Shown here: one piece after another, positions 53,458 through 63,083 of the stretch
How positions within the stretch are numbered: the stretch's first letter is position 1
How the letters are laid out: each line of letters opens with the position of its first letter
Assembly (NCBI GenBank): GCA_023404955.1
Contig: JAEXZY010000152.1
Coordinates: 8,716 to 72,715 of the forward strand
Source of the DNA: Actinomycetes bacterium
GTDB taxonomy: Bacteria; Actinomycetota; Actinomycetes; Mycobacteriales; Mycobacteriaceae
Direction of reading: 5' to 3'
DNA: 64,000 bases
Notes under the pieces: model-generated
The model's database searches: none
What the model was told of the DNA's origin: nothing
Seen by the model: only the letters and a program-made list of their open reading frames with translations
Program-made: the position numbers and the translations under genes

Positions 53458-54332
53458 CGACCACTGAGCCCACCCGCGTCTCGTCCTGGCGGATCCTCGC
53501 ACGCAACCCGGTCACCGTCGTCAGCGCGCTGGTGCTGCTGGCGGTCGCCGTCGTCGCGGTGTTCGCGAATGCGATTGCGCCACAGGGTGTCAACGACGTC
53601 GATGTACCCGATGCGCTGCAGTCGCCCAGCGGGGCCCACTGGTTCGGCACCGACGAACTCGGCCGCGACGTACTCTCCCGCGTGCTCGTCGCGACGCAGG
53701 CGTCGATGCGCGTCGCGGTGATCAGCGTGGCGTTTGCCGTCGTGGTCGGTGTGACGGTCGGGGTGCTGGCCGGCTATCGCGGCGGCTGGCTGGACACCGT
53801 GCTGATGCGTGTGGTCGACGTGATGTTCGCGTTCCCGGTGCTGCTGCTGGCCCTGGCCGTGGTCGCGATCCTCGGGCCGGGGCTGACGACGACGATCCTC
53901 GCGATCGGCATCGTGTACACCCCGATCTTCGCCCGGGTCGCCCGGGCCAGCACGTTGGGAGTGCGCACGGAACCCTATGTCGCGGTGTCGCGTGCAATGG
54001 GCACCCCCGACCACGTGATCCTGCGTCGCCACATCCTGCCCAACATCGCCGGCCCGCTGATCGTGCAGACCTCGCTGTCCTTGGCGTTCGCGATCCTCTC
54101 GGAGGCGGCGCTGTCGTTCCTCGGTCTGGGCATCCAGCCGCCGCAGCCGTCGCTGGGGCGAATGATCTTCGACTCCCAGGGATTCGTCACGATGGCGTGG
54201 TGGATGGCGGTCTTCCCCGGCGCGGCGATCGTGGTGATCGTGCTTGCGTTCAACCTTCTCGGCGACGGACTGCGCGATGTGCTGGACCCGAAACAGCGCA
54301 CCAGCGCCGAGGCCCGCGGGGTGGCGCGATGA
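53454..54332 (+). CDS. ABC permease (DppC-like)
   Basis: HWFGTDELGRD, RHILPN, FNLLGDGLRD. Confidence 0.94.
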   Translation: MTTTEPTRVSSWRILARNPVTVVSALVLLAVAVVAVFANAIAPQGVNDVDVPDALQSPSGAHWFGTDELGRDVLSRVLVATQASMRVAVISVAFAVVVGVTVGVLAGYRGGWLDTVLMRVVDVMFAFPVLLLALAVVAILGPGLTTTILAIGIVYTPIFARVARASTLGVRTEPYVAVSRAMGTPDHVILRRHILPNIAGPLIVQTSLSLAFAILSEAALSFLGLGIQPPQPSLGRMIFDSQGFVTMAWWMAVFPGAAIVVIVLAFNLLGDGLRDVLDPKQRTSAEARGVAR

Positions 54333-55933
54333 CCGTGCTGGCAGTGGACGATCTCGGCGTGCGGATCGGTGCCCGCACGATCGTCGAAGGTGTGTCGTTC
54401 TCCGTGGCCCGGGATCAGACGGTGGGCATCGTCGGGGAATCGGGGTCGGGTAAGACGATGACGGTGCTCGCGGCCACCGGCCTGCTCGATGCGCCGGGGG
54501 CTCGCGTGTCAGGGTCGAGCACGCTCGCGGGTGACCCGTCGATGCAGCTCGTCGGGGCACGCCCCAAAGATTTTCGCCGCGTGCACGGTTCGCGGATCGG
54601 GTTCGTGTTCCAGGATCCGGGCACGTCTCTCAATCCCCTACTGACGCTGGAACGCCAGATCACCGAGTCACTCGAGACGCACCGCCGGTTGACGCGGCGG
54701 GAGGCTCGTGCCCGTGCGCTGGAGCTGCTCGACGCCGTGGGGCTGCCGGACCCGGAGACGCGCCTGCACGCCTATTCGCACCAGCTCTCGGGTGGCCAGC
54801 GACAGCGCGTGATGATCGCGATTGCGCTCGCGTGCGACCCGGAACTGCTGATCGCCGACGAACCGACGACCGCGCTCGACGTCACCACACAGGCGCAGAT
54901 CCTCGAGCTGGTGCGTACGTTGCAGCGGGACTTCGGCACCGCGGTCGTGTGGATCAGTCACGACCTGGGAGTCATCGGTCAGGTCGCTGACACGGTGACC
55001 GTGCTGCGCGACGGCGCGGTGGTGGAGCAGGCACCGATCCTCGACGTCTTCGACCGGCCCCGCAACGACTACACACGGGACCTGCTGGCCGCCCGGCCTG
55101 TTCTCGATGTCTCTGGCCCGCAGGCGAATCCGGACGCCGAGGCGCTGCTCGAGGTCGACGGCCTAGATGTCTCGTTCACGGTCACCACGCCGGTCGGCAA
55201 GTCGACCGTGCACGCGGTCGACAACGTCTCGCTGCGCATCCGGCGCGGCACCACGCTGGGGCTGGTCGGTGAATCCGGGTCGGGCAAGTCGACGGTCGCC
55301 GCGGCACTGACGGGGCTGGTGACCCCCGATGGCGGCAGCGCGACGCTCGCCGGGGCGGACATACTGCACGTGAAGCGCTCCGAGGTGAAGGCGCTGCGCC
55401 GACGGATCGGACTGGTGTTCCAGGATCCGTTCTCGTCGCTGAATCCCCGTGCCCGCGTGCAGACATCGATTGCGGAGCCGCTCACGGTGCACCGCCTGGT
55501 CGACGGTGGCGCGGCGCGAGGGAAGCGGGTCGCCGAGCTGCTCGACCTCGTCGGCCTGCCCACGGAGTTCGCGCAGCGCTATCCCCATGAACTGTCCGGC
55601 GGGCAACGGCAACGGGTCAGCATCGCCCGCGCGCTCGCGGCCGAGCCGGATCTGTTGATCCTCGACGAGGCCACTGCCGCACTGGACGTGTCGGTGCAGG
55701 CGCGCGTGCTCGATCTGTTGGCCCGGCTGCAACAGGAGCTCGGCCTGGCGTATCTGCTGATCGGCCACGACCTCGCGGTCATCCGGAGGCTCAGTCACGA
55801 TGTCGCGGTGATGCGGGCCGGCGCGGTGGTGGAGAACCGGCCCGCCGAGGAGTTGTTCACCAGCCCCGAGCACGCATACACCCGGGCGCTGCTGGCAGCG
55901 GTGCCACCGGTGCGCCCGCGCGCTGCCATCTGA
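54329..55933 (+). CDS. Fused double ABC ATPase (DppD/F-like)
   Basis: Two GESGSGK Walker A and two LSGGQRQR signatures. Confidence 0.95.
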   Translation: MTVLAVDDLGVRIGARTIVEGVSFSVARDQTVGIVGESGSGKTMTVLAATGLLDAPGARVSGSSTLAGDPSMQLVGARPKDFRRVHGSRIGFVFQDPGTSLNPLLTLERQITESLETHRRLTRREARARALELLDAVGLPDPETRLHAYSHQLSGGQRQRVMIAIALACDPELLIADEPTTALDVTTQAQILELVRTLQRDFGTAVVWISHDLGVIGQVADTVTVLRDGAVVEQAPILDVFDRPRNDYTRDLLAARPVLDVSGPQANPDAEALLEVDGLDVSFTVTTPVGKSTVHAVDNVSLRIRRGTTLGLVGESGSGKSTVAAALTGLVTPDGGSATLAGADILHVKRSEVKALRRRIGLVFQDPFSSLNPRARVQTSIAEPLTVHRLVDGGAARGKRVAELLDLVGLPTEFAQRYPHELSGGQRQRVSIARALAAEPDLLILDEATAALDVSVQARVLDLLARLQQELGLAYLLIGHDLAVIRRLSHDVAVMRAGAVVENRPAEELFTSPEHAYTRALLAAVPPVRPRAAI

Positions 55934-55955
55934 GCGGCCGTGAGAGGGTGCTGAC

Positions 55956-56696
55956 ATGAGTCAGCTCAGCGGCAAGGTCGCGTTGGTCACCGGGGCGTCG
56001 GCGGGGTTGGGTGCGGCCACCGCACGGTTGTTCGCCGAGCGGGGTGCGACCGTGTTCGGGATCGCCAGGGACGCAACGAGAATGGCTGAGGTGTTCGCCG
56101 AACTGCCCGGCAGCGCGTTCGCCTCGGTGGACATCTCCTCCCGGGACGCGTGTGCCGCGGCGGTCGAGGAATGCGTGGAGCGGTTCGGCCGGCTGGACGT
56201 GCTCGCGAACATCGCGGGTTTCCATCGGATGCGACACACCACGACGATGACCGACGAGGACTGGGACGTCGACCTCGCGGTGAACCTGACCGCGCCGTTC
56301 ACGCTGTGCCGGGCGGCGATGCCGCACCTGCTGGCTTCGGGCGGCAACATCGTCAACGTGTCGTCGATCGCCGGTGTCGAGGGCGAGGTGTACTCCGCCG
56401 GATACTGCGCTGCCAAGCACGGTTTGGTCGGTCTCACGCGGGCGCTGGCGGTCGAATTCACCAAGGAGCGGCTGCGGGTCAACGCGGTCTGCCCCGGCGG
56501 GATGCCGACCGCGCAAACCACGGAGTTCGAGGCACCCGAGAACGCCGACTGGGACCTCATCATGCGGATCGCGTCACCACGCGGGTTCATGGCGACCGAG
56601 GACGTCGCGAAGGCGATCGCGTTCCTGGCCAGCGATGACGCCGCCGCGATCCACGGCGCGGTCTACCGCGTCGACAACGGCAAGGGTGCCGGCTGA
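55956..56696 (+). CDS. Classical SDR oxidoreductase
   Basis: TGASAGLG, NIAG, YCAAK. Confidence 0.92.
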   Translation: MSQLSGKVALVTGASAGLGAATARLFAERGATVFGIARDATRMAEVFAELPGSAFASVDISSRDACAAAVEECVERFGRLDVLANIAGFHRMRHTTTMTDEDWDVDLAVNLTAPFTLCRAAMPHLLASGGNIVNVSSIAGVEGEVYSAGYCAAKHGLVGLTRALAVEFTKERLRVNAVCPGGMPTAQTTEFEAPENADWDLIMRIASPRGFMATEDVAKAIAFLASDDAAAIHGAVYRVDNGKGAG

Positions 56697-56706
56697 CCTT
56701 GCCGGC

Positions 56707-58134
56707 TCAGAACGGTGGTGGTTCGTAGGCGGCGGCCAGCCTGGCTTGGCGTTGTCGTTCGAGTTCGGCGTCGAGTTCGATGCGTTGTCGCCGTTCCTGT
56801 TTTATGCGTTTGCGTCGGTCCTGCTCACGGGTAGTGGTGCGCATCGGCATCATCGCGCTGCGCTGGTCACCCTCGACCACCGGGGTCGCGGTCGTGATGG
56901 GCGCCGTCGGGACAGCCAAGCCGGGGAACAAGACACCCCCGAACGCCTCCGTGGTGTACACATGCCCGGTCGGGGCGGTCACCACGACGGTGCCATCAGG
57001 ACGCTGCTCGTCAGACCAGCCGTGGACACCGGTGAAGAACGTTTTGATCAAGTGATGCGTCCTGCAGTACAGCTTGAGCCCCGAGGGATGGGTCAAACCG
57101 AACGGCCACGGCGTGGTGTGGTCGACATCGCAACCCACCACCGGACGATCACAACCCGGGAACCGACACGTCAGATCCCGCCACCCCACAAAATCCCGCA
57201 GCGCCGCCGACGGCCGATACCCCGGCTCCGCCTCGGCCCCAGGCCGGCGGACCGGCTTGATCCTGGCCGTCGCCGCGATCCGGCGGACCGACTCCGCGGG
57301 CAGCACCCCGAACCCCGACAGATACCCCGGCTTGGAGCTGGTGCCCTCGAGGGTCTTCTGTTCGGCCAGCACGTGAATCACCACCTGCGCCGCCGACTCC
57401 CGCGCCTGTGTTGCGGTGCAATCCGGCGACCCACACCGGCACGCCAACGTTGCCTCCCACCGCCCCAACGCACCGGTGGCATCCGCGCGGCGCTGCTGCT
57501 TGGAGCGAGGATCATTCGGACACACCGACTCCGCGATCAAGTTCAACCGCTGATCGATCGCCTCGGCATCAGCCGCATCCACCACTCCACCGATCAGCGC
57601 CATCCCCGCCGCAGTCGGGTGCGGCTCCACCTCGACATAGCGACCCTCCTCCACAACAGGGGGCACCCGCACCCCGGCCGGATCATGCTCGGCGACCCAC
57701 ATATCCACACGGTCGCGCAGCTTCGGCTTCGACAGGCGCATCCACTTGTGCACCACACGAGCCAGCGAGCGATCCAGCTCGGCGATCACCTCATCGAGGA
57801 CGTTCTCGGTGCGCGTGATGATCACCTGCACCATCCGGTAATCGATGTCACCCCGGGCGAACACCGCCGCCACCTCGGGCAGCCGCTGATACAGCGACAC
57901 CGCCTGCCGCACCTGCGGAACCGCCCGATCACGACTGATGTTCTGCGCCGCCGAAACTTCAGCAGCCACCGCCTCGACCACATCGGTGTACCAGAACTGA
58001 GCTTCCTCGTAATCACGGCAGCGCCGCCGATACAACCCCGCAATCGCACCCAACCGCCGCGCGATCGCCGCCGACTCCGCACGCGCAGCAGCGGCCATCG
58101 TGTCGACCAGCACCGCCGGATCATCGTCGAACAT
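56707..58134 (-). CDS. DUF222 (13E12 family) HNH domain protein, copy 2
   Basis: YRPSAAL, RDLTCRFPGC..DVDH..CRTHHLIKT, PTGHVY, PPPF end; start at MFDD (alternative 58146). Confidence 0.92.
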   Translation of the reverse strand: MFDDDPAVLVDTMAAAARAESAAIARRLGAIAGLYRRRCRDYEEAQFWYTDVVEAVAAEVSAAQNISRDRAVPQVRQAVSLYQRLPEVAAVFARGDIDYRMVQVIITRTENVLDEVIAELDRSLARVVHKWMRLSKPKLRDRVDMWVAEHDPAGVRVPPVVEEGRYVEVEPHPTAAGMALIGGVVDAADAEAIDQRLNLIAESVCPNDPRSKQQRRADATGALGRWEATLACRCGSPDCTATQARESAAQVVIHVLAEQKTLEGTSSKPGYLSGFGVLPAESVRRIAATARIKPVRRPGAEAEPGYRPSAALRDFVGWRDLTCRFPGCDRPVVGCDVDHTTPWPFGLTHPSGLKLYCRTHHLIKTFFTGVHGWSDEQRPDGTVVVTAPTGHVYTTEAFGGVLFPGLAVPTAPITTATPVVEGDQRSAMMPMRTTTREQDRRKRIKQERRQRIELDAELERQRQARLAAAYEPPPF

Positions 58135-58163
58135 GTGTTCGATCATGCCAAAGGGGTCCGACA
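58127..58163 (-). promoter_or_regulatory. Perfect LexA SOS box plus PafBC-type promoter
   Basis: TCGAAC-atgt-GTTCGA at 58127-58142; minus strand TGTCGG-acccctttgg-CATGAT-cgaacac-ATG. Confidence 0.85.
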
Positions 58164-58177
58164 AAACTGCGCGGAAT

Positions 58178-58507
58178 TCAGCCGCCCCACACCGTCATCA
58201 GCGTCACGTAGCACGCCGTCCCGAGGAGGATGCTGAGCAGAGCGCGCCCCCGCCACAGCTGCAGGCCCGCCGTCACCGCGACCGCCACGACGAGCCACAG
58301 CAGGTGTAGCGCCGTGTCCCCCACGACGGTCTTCACCGAATACAGCGCCAGCATCGCCATCACACCGACCGGCATGTGCACACTCAGGTAGCGCACCACG
58401 GCGCTGTCACGCATCGGCGCGAGCGCCGCGAACGGCAGCGCACGCAGTGCCCAGGTCACCGCCGCACTCACGCCGACGAGCAGTGCCATGTATCCGGTGT
58501 CAGGCAT
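58178..58507 (-). CDS. AzlD family branched-chain amino acid exporter subunit
   Basis: VTWALRALPF, MPVGVM, LLSILLGT. Confidence 0.88.
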   Translation of the reverse strand: MPDTGYMALLVGVSAAVTWALRALPFAALAPMRDSAVVRYLSVHMPVGVMAMLALYSVKTVVGDTALHLLWLVVAVAVTAGLQLWRGRALLSILLGTACYVTLMTVWGG

Positions 58508-59159
58508 GCCGGGTCCGTCGTCGCAGCAACAACATCACAGTGAAAGCGGCGAACGCACACACCAGCATCTGCCCGGGCACCACCAGCCACGCCCCCGCCG
58601 CGCACAGGAGCGCCAGAACAGCCGTGACCCGATCGGGCCGCTGCCGGTACGCCTCGATGCCCAACACGATGAACAGCGCGGTCAGCGCGAAGTCCAGCCC
58701 GACCAGCCGATCGATCGGCAGCACCTCGCCCAGCAACCCACCCAGCGCCGCACCGGTCACCCACAGCAGGTGAAACATGAACTGCATGAGCAGGATCGGA
58801 CGCGTGGTCCACCCTTGCGCCTGCGGACTGACCGCCACCGCATACGCCTCATCGGAGAGCGTGTAGGTGCTGTACAGCTTCGCGGCGAGGCCGCGCACCC
58901 GATGCAGCGGGAACGACAGCGCGTAGAAGATGTGCCGTGAATTGACCACCAGCGTGGTGAGCGCGACGGTCGCGACCGGAGCGCCGCCGGCCACCAGCGC
59001 GACCATCAGGAACTCGAGCGACCCCGCGTAGATCACCCCGGCGAACACCGGCGCCCACCACCACGCCAGCCCGGCGTGTACCACCAGGAAGCCCAGCGCC
59101 ATGCCCAGCGGGATGAACGCCAGACCAAGCGGTGCGACCAGGGCCAGCACACCCCGCAT
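58500..59159 (-). CDS. AzlC family branched-chain amino acid exporter
   Basis: YAGSLEF, VNSRHIFY, LSDEAYA, GLDFALTALF; AAGGAGGT RBS. Confidence 0.92.
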   Translation of the reverse strand: MRGVLALVAPLGLAFIPLGMALGFLVVHAGLAWWWAPVFAGVIYAGSLEFLMVALVAGGAPVATVALTTLVVNSRHIFYALSFPLHRVRGLAAKLYSTYTLSDEAYAVAVSPQAQGWTTRPILLMQFMFHLLWVTGAALGGLLGEVLPIDRLVGLDFALTALFIVLGIEAYRQRPDRVTAVLALLCAAGAWLVVPGQMLVCAFAAFTVMLLLRRRTRHA

Positions 59160-59298
59160 GCCGAACACCTCCTTCGACTCCGAGACGCTGGATCTGGGGG
59201 CCGCCTGACAGCGGCGCACCGCTACGGGTGGCCACCCACGTGTGGCGGACCCACCCACGATCGGCGACCTGCCCGATGGGGCGGTGCTCATCGACCAG

Positions 59299-61329
59299 TC
59301 AGACCACCGACAACGTTGCAGCCTCGACGATTCCGACCGCATCGAATGCCTTGCCGATCGCAGCCTGCTGAGCAGCGGTCAAGCCGACCGACTGCGCGGC
59401 GCTCTGCACCGCAGCGCGCCCGTCGCTGAACACCGACCCCGCACTCAATCGGAACAGTGCACGGTAGAAGACCTCGGCCCACGTGTCATTCGAGATCCCC
59501 GCGGTCGCCGGATCGGTCATCATCAGATAGGCGGCGTGACTGAAGATGGTGCTGTTGACGTGCTCGCCCCCGTCGTCGAGGGTCCCCTGATAGCGCGTCG
59601 CGTACGTGGCACGGTGCGGCCCGAGCGACGTGCTGATCGATGTCGGGTCGGCCAGGTTGCGAATAGCGCCGAGTTCGGAATCCTCACCGACGAGCCACCG
59701 ATCGGCGCCGGAATCGTTCTCGATGAGCGTGCCCATGATGTCGGCGAGCGCTTCGTTGAGCGCTCCCGATTCGCCGTGATCCATCACTGAGACGCCGCCC
59801 GTCGGGCCACCGACCACGTACGTGATCACGGCGTGGGTGTACTCGTGGCCGATCACGTCGACCGACGCCTCGAGGTGACCGCCGTCGCCGAATGCGAACT
59901 GGTTGATGCTGGGGTCCCAGAACGCGTTCTGGTAGCCGCCGTTCGGCCTGCCCGGATTGTAGAGGATACTCACTATTACCGGAGCGCCGCTGCCGTCGAA
60001 CGACGTCCGCCCCAGCACGTCCAGGTAGTAGTCGTAGACCTCCGCGGTGTTGGCATGCGCAGAGATGGCGCCGGTGTTCCACCCGAGCAGCCCCCGCGTG
60101 ACCACTGTGCCCGGCAAGAAACCACCCAGCAGACCCAGGTACGGGAACGAGGTCTTGTAGGTGGTGATGTCGCGGCCGTCATCGATCAGCCGGGAGACAG
60201 TGGAGCCCAGAGTGGTGCGGACGTCGATGACGATCTTGCGCCGCTGACCCAGCCAGTCCCTCGCGGTCGTGGTGACCGAGACGGGTTGCGCCGTGTCGCG
60301 TGCGACGACGATGTCGCCGACGGCAGCACCGTCCGCGCCGATCAGCACAGTGCTGCCCGGGCGGGAGAGCCGGATTCCCGGGACAGCGCCGACGACCTGC
60401 CAGGCCAGAATCGGCACCGTCCCGTTGTCAGGGGCGTACACCACCAGCTGCTGCTCGGCCATCCGCCGCATCCGCGGTGTCGTCGCGGGGGTGACGTCGA
60501 ACGATTCGGACAGTCCGCGGTAGTGGTTGACCAGGCCTGTCACCGCGCCGGTCGCATCGGTCACCAGGATGACGTCGCTGCCGAGGACGGGCACGCCGGC
60601 GATGGTCTCGGCGAAGCGGTAGTACGTTTCGGCGTCGTCCCCGCTGCCGGCCGTGGAGACGGTGATGCCGCGCGCATCGGCGAACCCCTCGTCGATGCCC
60701 AGCGTGTGCGCGACACCGTTCATGACCGCGGCCGCATCGGCGGCACCGGTCACCCGACGATCGTCGAACCGGCCGTCGATGCCTCGCACAGGATCGGAGC
60801 CCTCGGTGTCACCGGCAGGCACTGCGATCGTCACCTCGGTGGGCCGCCACCGCGGCATGTCGTCGACGGCGACGGTGAAACTGTCTGCCCGGCCGGCCTT
60901 TCCGGCGGACGGGGTGTAGACGAAGCCGCCGTCGGCGTCGATCGTCACCAATCCCCAGGCAGCGCCCGAGCTCACGGAGTAGGTGAGCTCGGTGTCGTCA
61001 CGGTCCTTGGCGTTCAGAGTGCCGCGCACGGTGCCGTCGGCTGTCGGCTCAATGATGTCCGGATTTGCCGTCGGCCGCCGGTTGAGTAACGCGTGCCGGC
61101 GCTGCTGTGCCGCTTCTCGCCGCGATTCGATCCGCGCGTCCCGGCGCTCCCGCAGCGCAGAGCGAGACGCCTGCCCCGACGACGATGCCTCTGCGGCGCG
61201 CGCAGTGGCGTCGGTTCCGTCTGAGGGTGCGGCCGATGCGACACCCGGCGCCATCAGCAGACCCACACCGAACCCGAGGACCGCCACAGGGGTCCACACA
61301 CCCGCGGACGGTCGATGACAACTGGCCAC
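59299..61329 (-). CDS. Secreted M4 (thermolysin-family) metallopeptidase with N-terminal Ig-like/VCBS domain
   Basis: NAFW, HEYTH, GALNEALAD, HVNS; DGGFVYTP..DSFTV repeat; start uncertain. Confidence 0.88.
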   Translation of the reverse strand: MASCHRPSAGVWTPVAVLGFGVGLLMAPGVASAAPSDGTDATARAAEASSSGQASRSALRERRDARIESRREAAQQRRHALLNRRPTANPDIIEPTADGTVRGTLNAKDRDDTELTYSVSSGAAWGLVTIDADGGFVYTPSAGKAGRADSFTVAVDDMPRWRPTEVTIAVPAGDTEGSDPVRGIDGRFDDRRVTGAADAAAVMNGVAHTLGIDEGFADARGITVSTAGSGDDAETYYRFAETIAGVPVLGSDVILVTDATGAVTGLVNHYRGLSESFDVTPATTPRMRRMAEQQLVVYAPDNGTVPILAWQVVGAVPGIRLSRPGSTVLIGADGAAVGDIVVARDTAQPVSVTTTARDWLGQRRKIVIDVRTTLGSTVSRLIDDGRDITTYKTSFPYLGLLGGFLPGTVVTRGLLGWNTGAISAHANTAEVYDYYLDVLGRTSFDGSGAPVIVSILYNPGRPNGGYQNAFWDPSINQFAFGDGGHLEASVDVIGHEYTHAVITYVVGGPTGGVSVMDHGESGALNEALADIMGTLIENDSGADRWLVGEDSELGAIRNLADPTSISTSLGPHRATYATRYQGTLDDGGEHVNSTIFSHAAYLMMTDPATAGISNDTWAEVFYRALFRLSAGSVFSDGRAAVQSAAQSVGLTAAQQAAIGKAFDAVGIVEAATLSVV

Positions 61330-61430
61330 GGTGACCCCCTCGGCGACTGTGCTCCTCGCGGAACTTACCACCGAGAAGACCAGATCTGACGGCACTGACG
61401 ATATGCCGACGCGCGCACTAGGCTGGCACG

Positions 61431-63083
61431 GTGAGTCTTCTGCTCGGTCCGGTGCTGCGCCACGTCGGTGAGACGACCGCGACGGTCTGGGTGCAGACCG
61501 ACGCGCCGGCCGAGGTGGAGGTGCTCGGCTGCCGGACGCGCACCTTCGAGGTTCAGGGCTGCCACTACGCGCTGGTCCCGGTCAGTGGCCTGTCCCCGGA
61601 CACCGTCACGCCCTACGAGGTGCGCATTGACGGATCGACGTGCTGGCCCGAGCCGGATTCGTCGTTCCCGCCCAGCGTCATCAGGACGCGCGGCCCGGAG
61701 ACCGCCGACCGACTGCGGGTCATCTTCGGGTCATGCCGCTACCCGAAAACGGGTGAGGAGAAGCTCGATCGCAAGCTCGGCCTCGACGCTCTGGACTGCT
61801 ACGCCACTCGGCTCACCGACCTACCCGTCTCGGAGTGGCCGGATGCGCTGCTGCTGCTCGGCGACCAGGTGTACGCCGACGAGCTGACCCCCGAGGCCCG
61901 CCGCCACCTGTCCGGCCGCCGCTCGGCGGGTAAGCGCTCAGCGAACCGCCGACCGCCGGACGAGGTGGTGTCGTTCTCCGAGTATGTCGGCCTGTATCGG
62001 CACACGTGGGGTGACCCGGAGATCCGGTGGATCCTCTCGACGTTGCCGACAGCGATGATCTTCGACGACCACGACATCCGAGACGACTGGAACACCTCGG
62101 CGACGTGGCGCGCCGACATCAACGCCCAACCGTGGTGGCGGGATCGAATTCGGGCCGGTCTGGCGTCGTACTGGGTCTATCAGCACCTGGGGAACCTCAG
62201 CCCGACCGAGCTGGACAGCGACGACGACTACCAGAAGGTGCTCGCCGCCGACGGTGACTGCTGGCCGCTGCTGGCCGAACTCGCCGATCGCGCCGACAGC
62301 GAAGTCGACGGGGACAAGGGTCTGCGGTTCAGCTTCCGCTGGGATCTGGGTCGCAGCCGCCTGGTGATGGTCGACTCCCGCAACGCCCGCATCCTCGACG
62401 GCGGAGAGCGAAAGATGTTGGGCGACCGCGAGTTCGCCTGGGTCGAAGAACAGGTGAGCGACCTCTCGGGGGTCGACCACCTGATCATCGGATCGTCGCT
62501 GCCGTGGCTGATGCCACCCGCCCTCGGCGACCTGCAGACCATCAACGAGATCGGCGCCGGGCGCCCGGGGCTGCGCGGGCGACTGGCCGAAAAGATCAGG
62601 CAGGGCGCCGATCTCGAGCACTGGCCGGCGTTCTTCGCCTCATTCGTGCGGCTGAGCACGATGATCGCCGACGCGGCGCGCCCCACCGGCGACGGCCCGG
62701 CCACGATCTCGGTGCTCTCCGGCGACGTGCACCACAGCTACGCCGCCCGCGCCGATTTCGGCGAGCCCGGTGGCGCCCAGGTGCACCAACTGGTCTGCTC
62801 ACCGGTGCACAACTACGTGCCCGCCTACGTCAAACCCGCGTTCAAACTGGGGTGGTCGTCCCCGGCGGCGCGTTTGAGCCGCCGCTGGGCCCGCCGGGCG
62901 GGATCGCCGGATCTGCCGGTGTCGTGGCGCAATCTGAGCGGTCCGCTGTTCGGCAACACCATCGCCTCGTTGATCGCCGTCGGCCGCGGCGCCGACGTGG
63001 TGTTCGAACAGCCCCGCGACGACGGCACCCTGGCCGAGGCGACGACCGTCGTGCTCAGTGGACCCCTTCCATCTGGCGGCTGA
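61431..63083 (+). CDS. PhoD-like metallophosphatase
   Basis: FGSC, LGDQVYAD, FDDHD, SGDVHHS; TAGGCT -10 six nt before GTG. Confidence 0.88.
   Translation: MSLLLGPVLRHVGETTATVWVQTDAPAEVEVLGCRTRTFEVQGCHYALVPVSGLSPDTVTPYEVRIDGSTCWPEPDSSFPPSVIRTRGPETADRLRVIFGSCRYPKTGEEKLDRKLGLDALDCYATRLTDLPVSEWPDALLLLGDQVYADELTPEARRHLSGRRSAGKRSANRRPPDEVVSFSEYVGLYRHTWGDPEIRWILSTLPTAMIFDDHDIRDDWNTSATWRADINAQPWWRDRIRAGLASYWVYQHLGNLSPTELDSDDDYQKVLAADGDCWPLLAELADRADSEVDGDKGLRFSFRWDLGRSRLVMVDSRNARILDGGERKMLGDREFAWVEEQVSDLSGVDHLIIGSSLPWLMPPALGDLQTINEIGAGRPGLRGRLAEKIRQGADLEHWPAFFASFVRLSTMIADAARPTGDGPATISVLSGDVHHSYAARADFGEPGGAQVHQLVCSPVHNYVPAYVKPAFKLGWSSPAARLSRRWARRAGSPDLPVSWRNLSGPLFGNTIASLIAVGRGADVVFEQPRDDGTLAEATTVVLSGPLPSGG

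Noticed and set aside
56687..56707. TGCCGGCT duplication as target-site duplication of HNH copy 2
   Set aside because: Both copies lie on the same side of the gene; no match seen at the other end
59200..59298. SAM-IV riboswitch upstream of azlC
   Set aside because: Lacks the GGCAACC core and expected layout; kept only as unnamed structure
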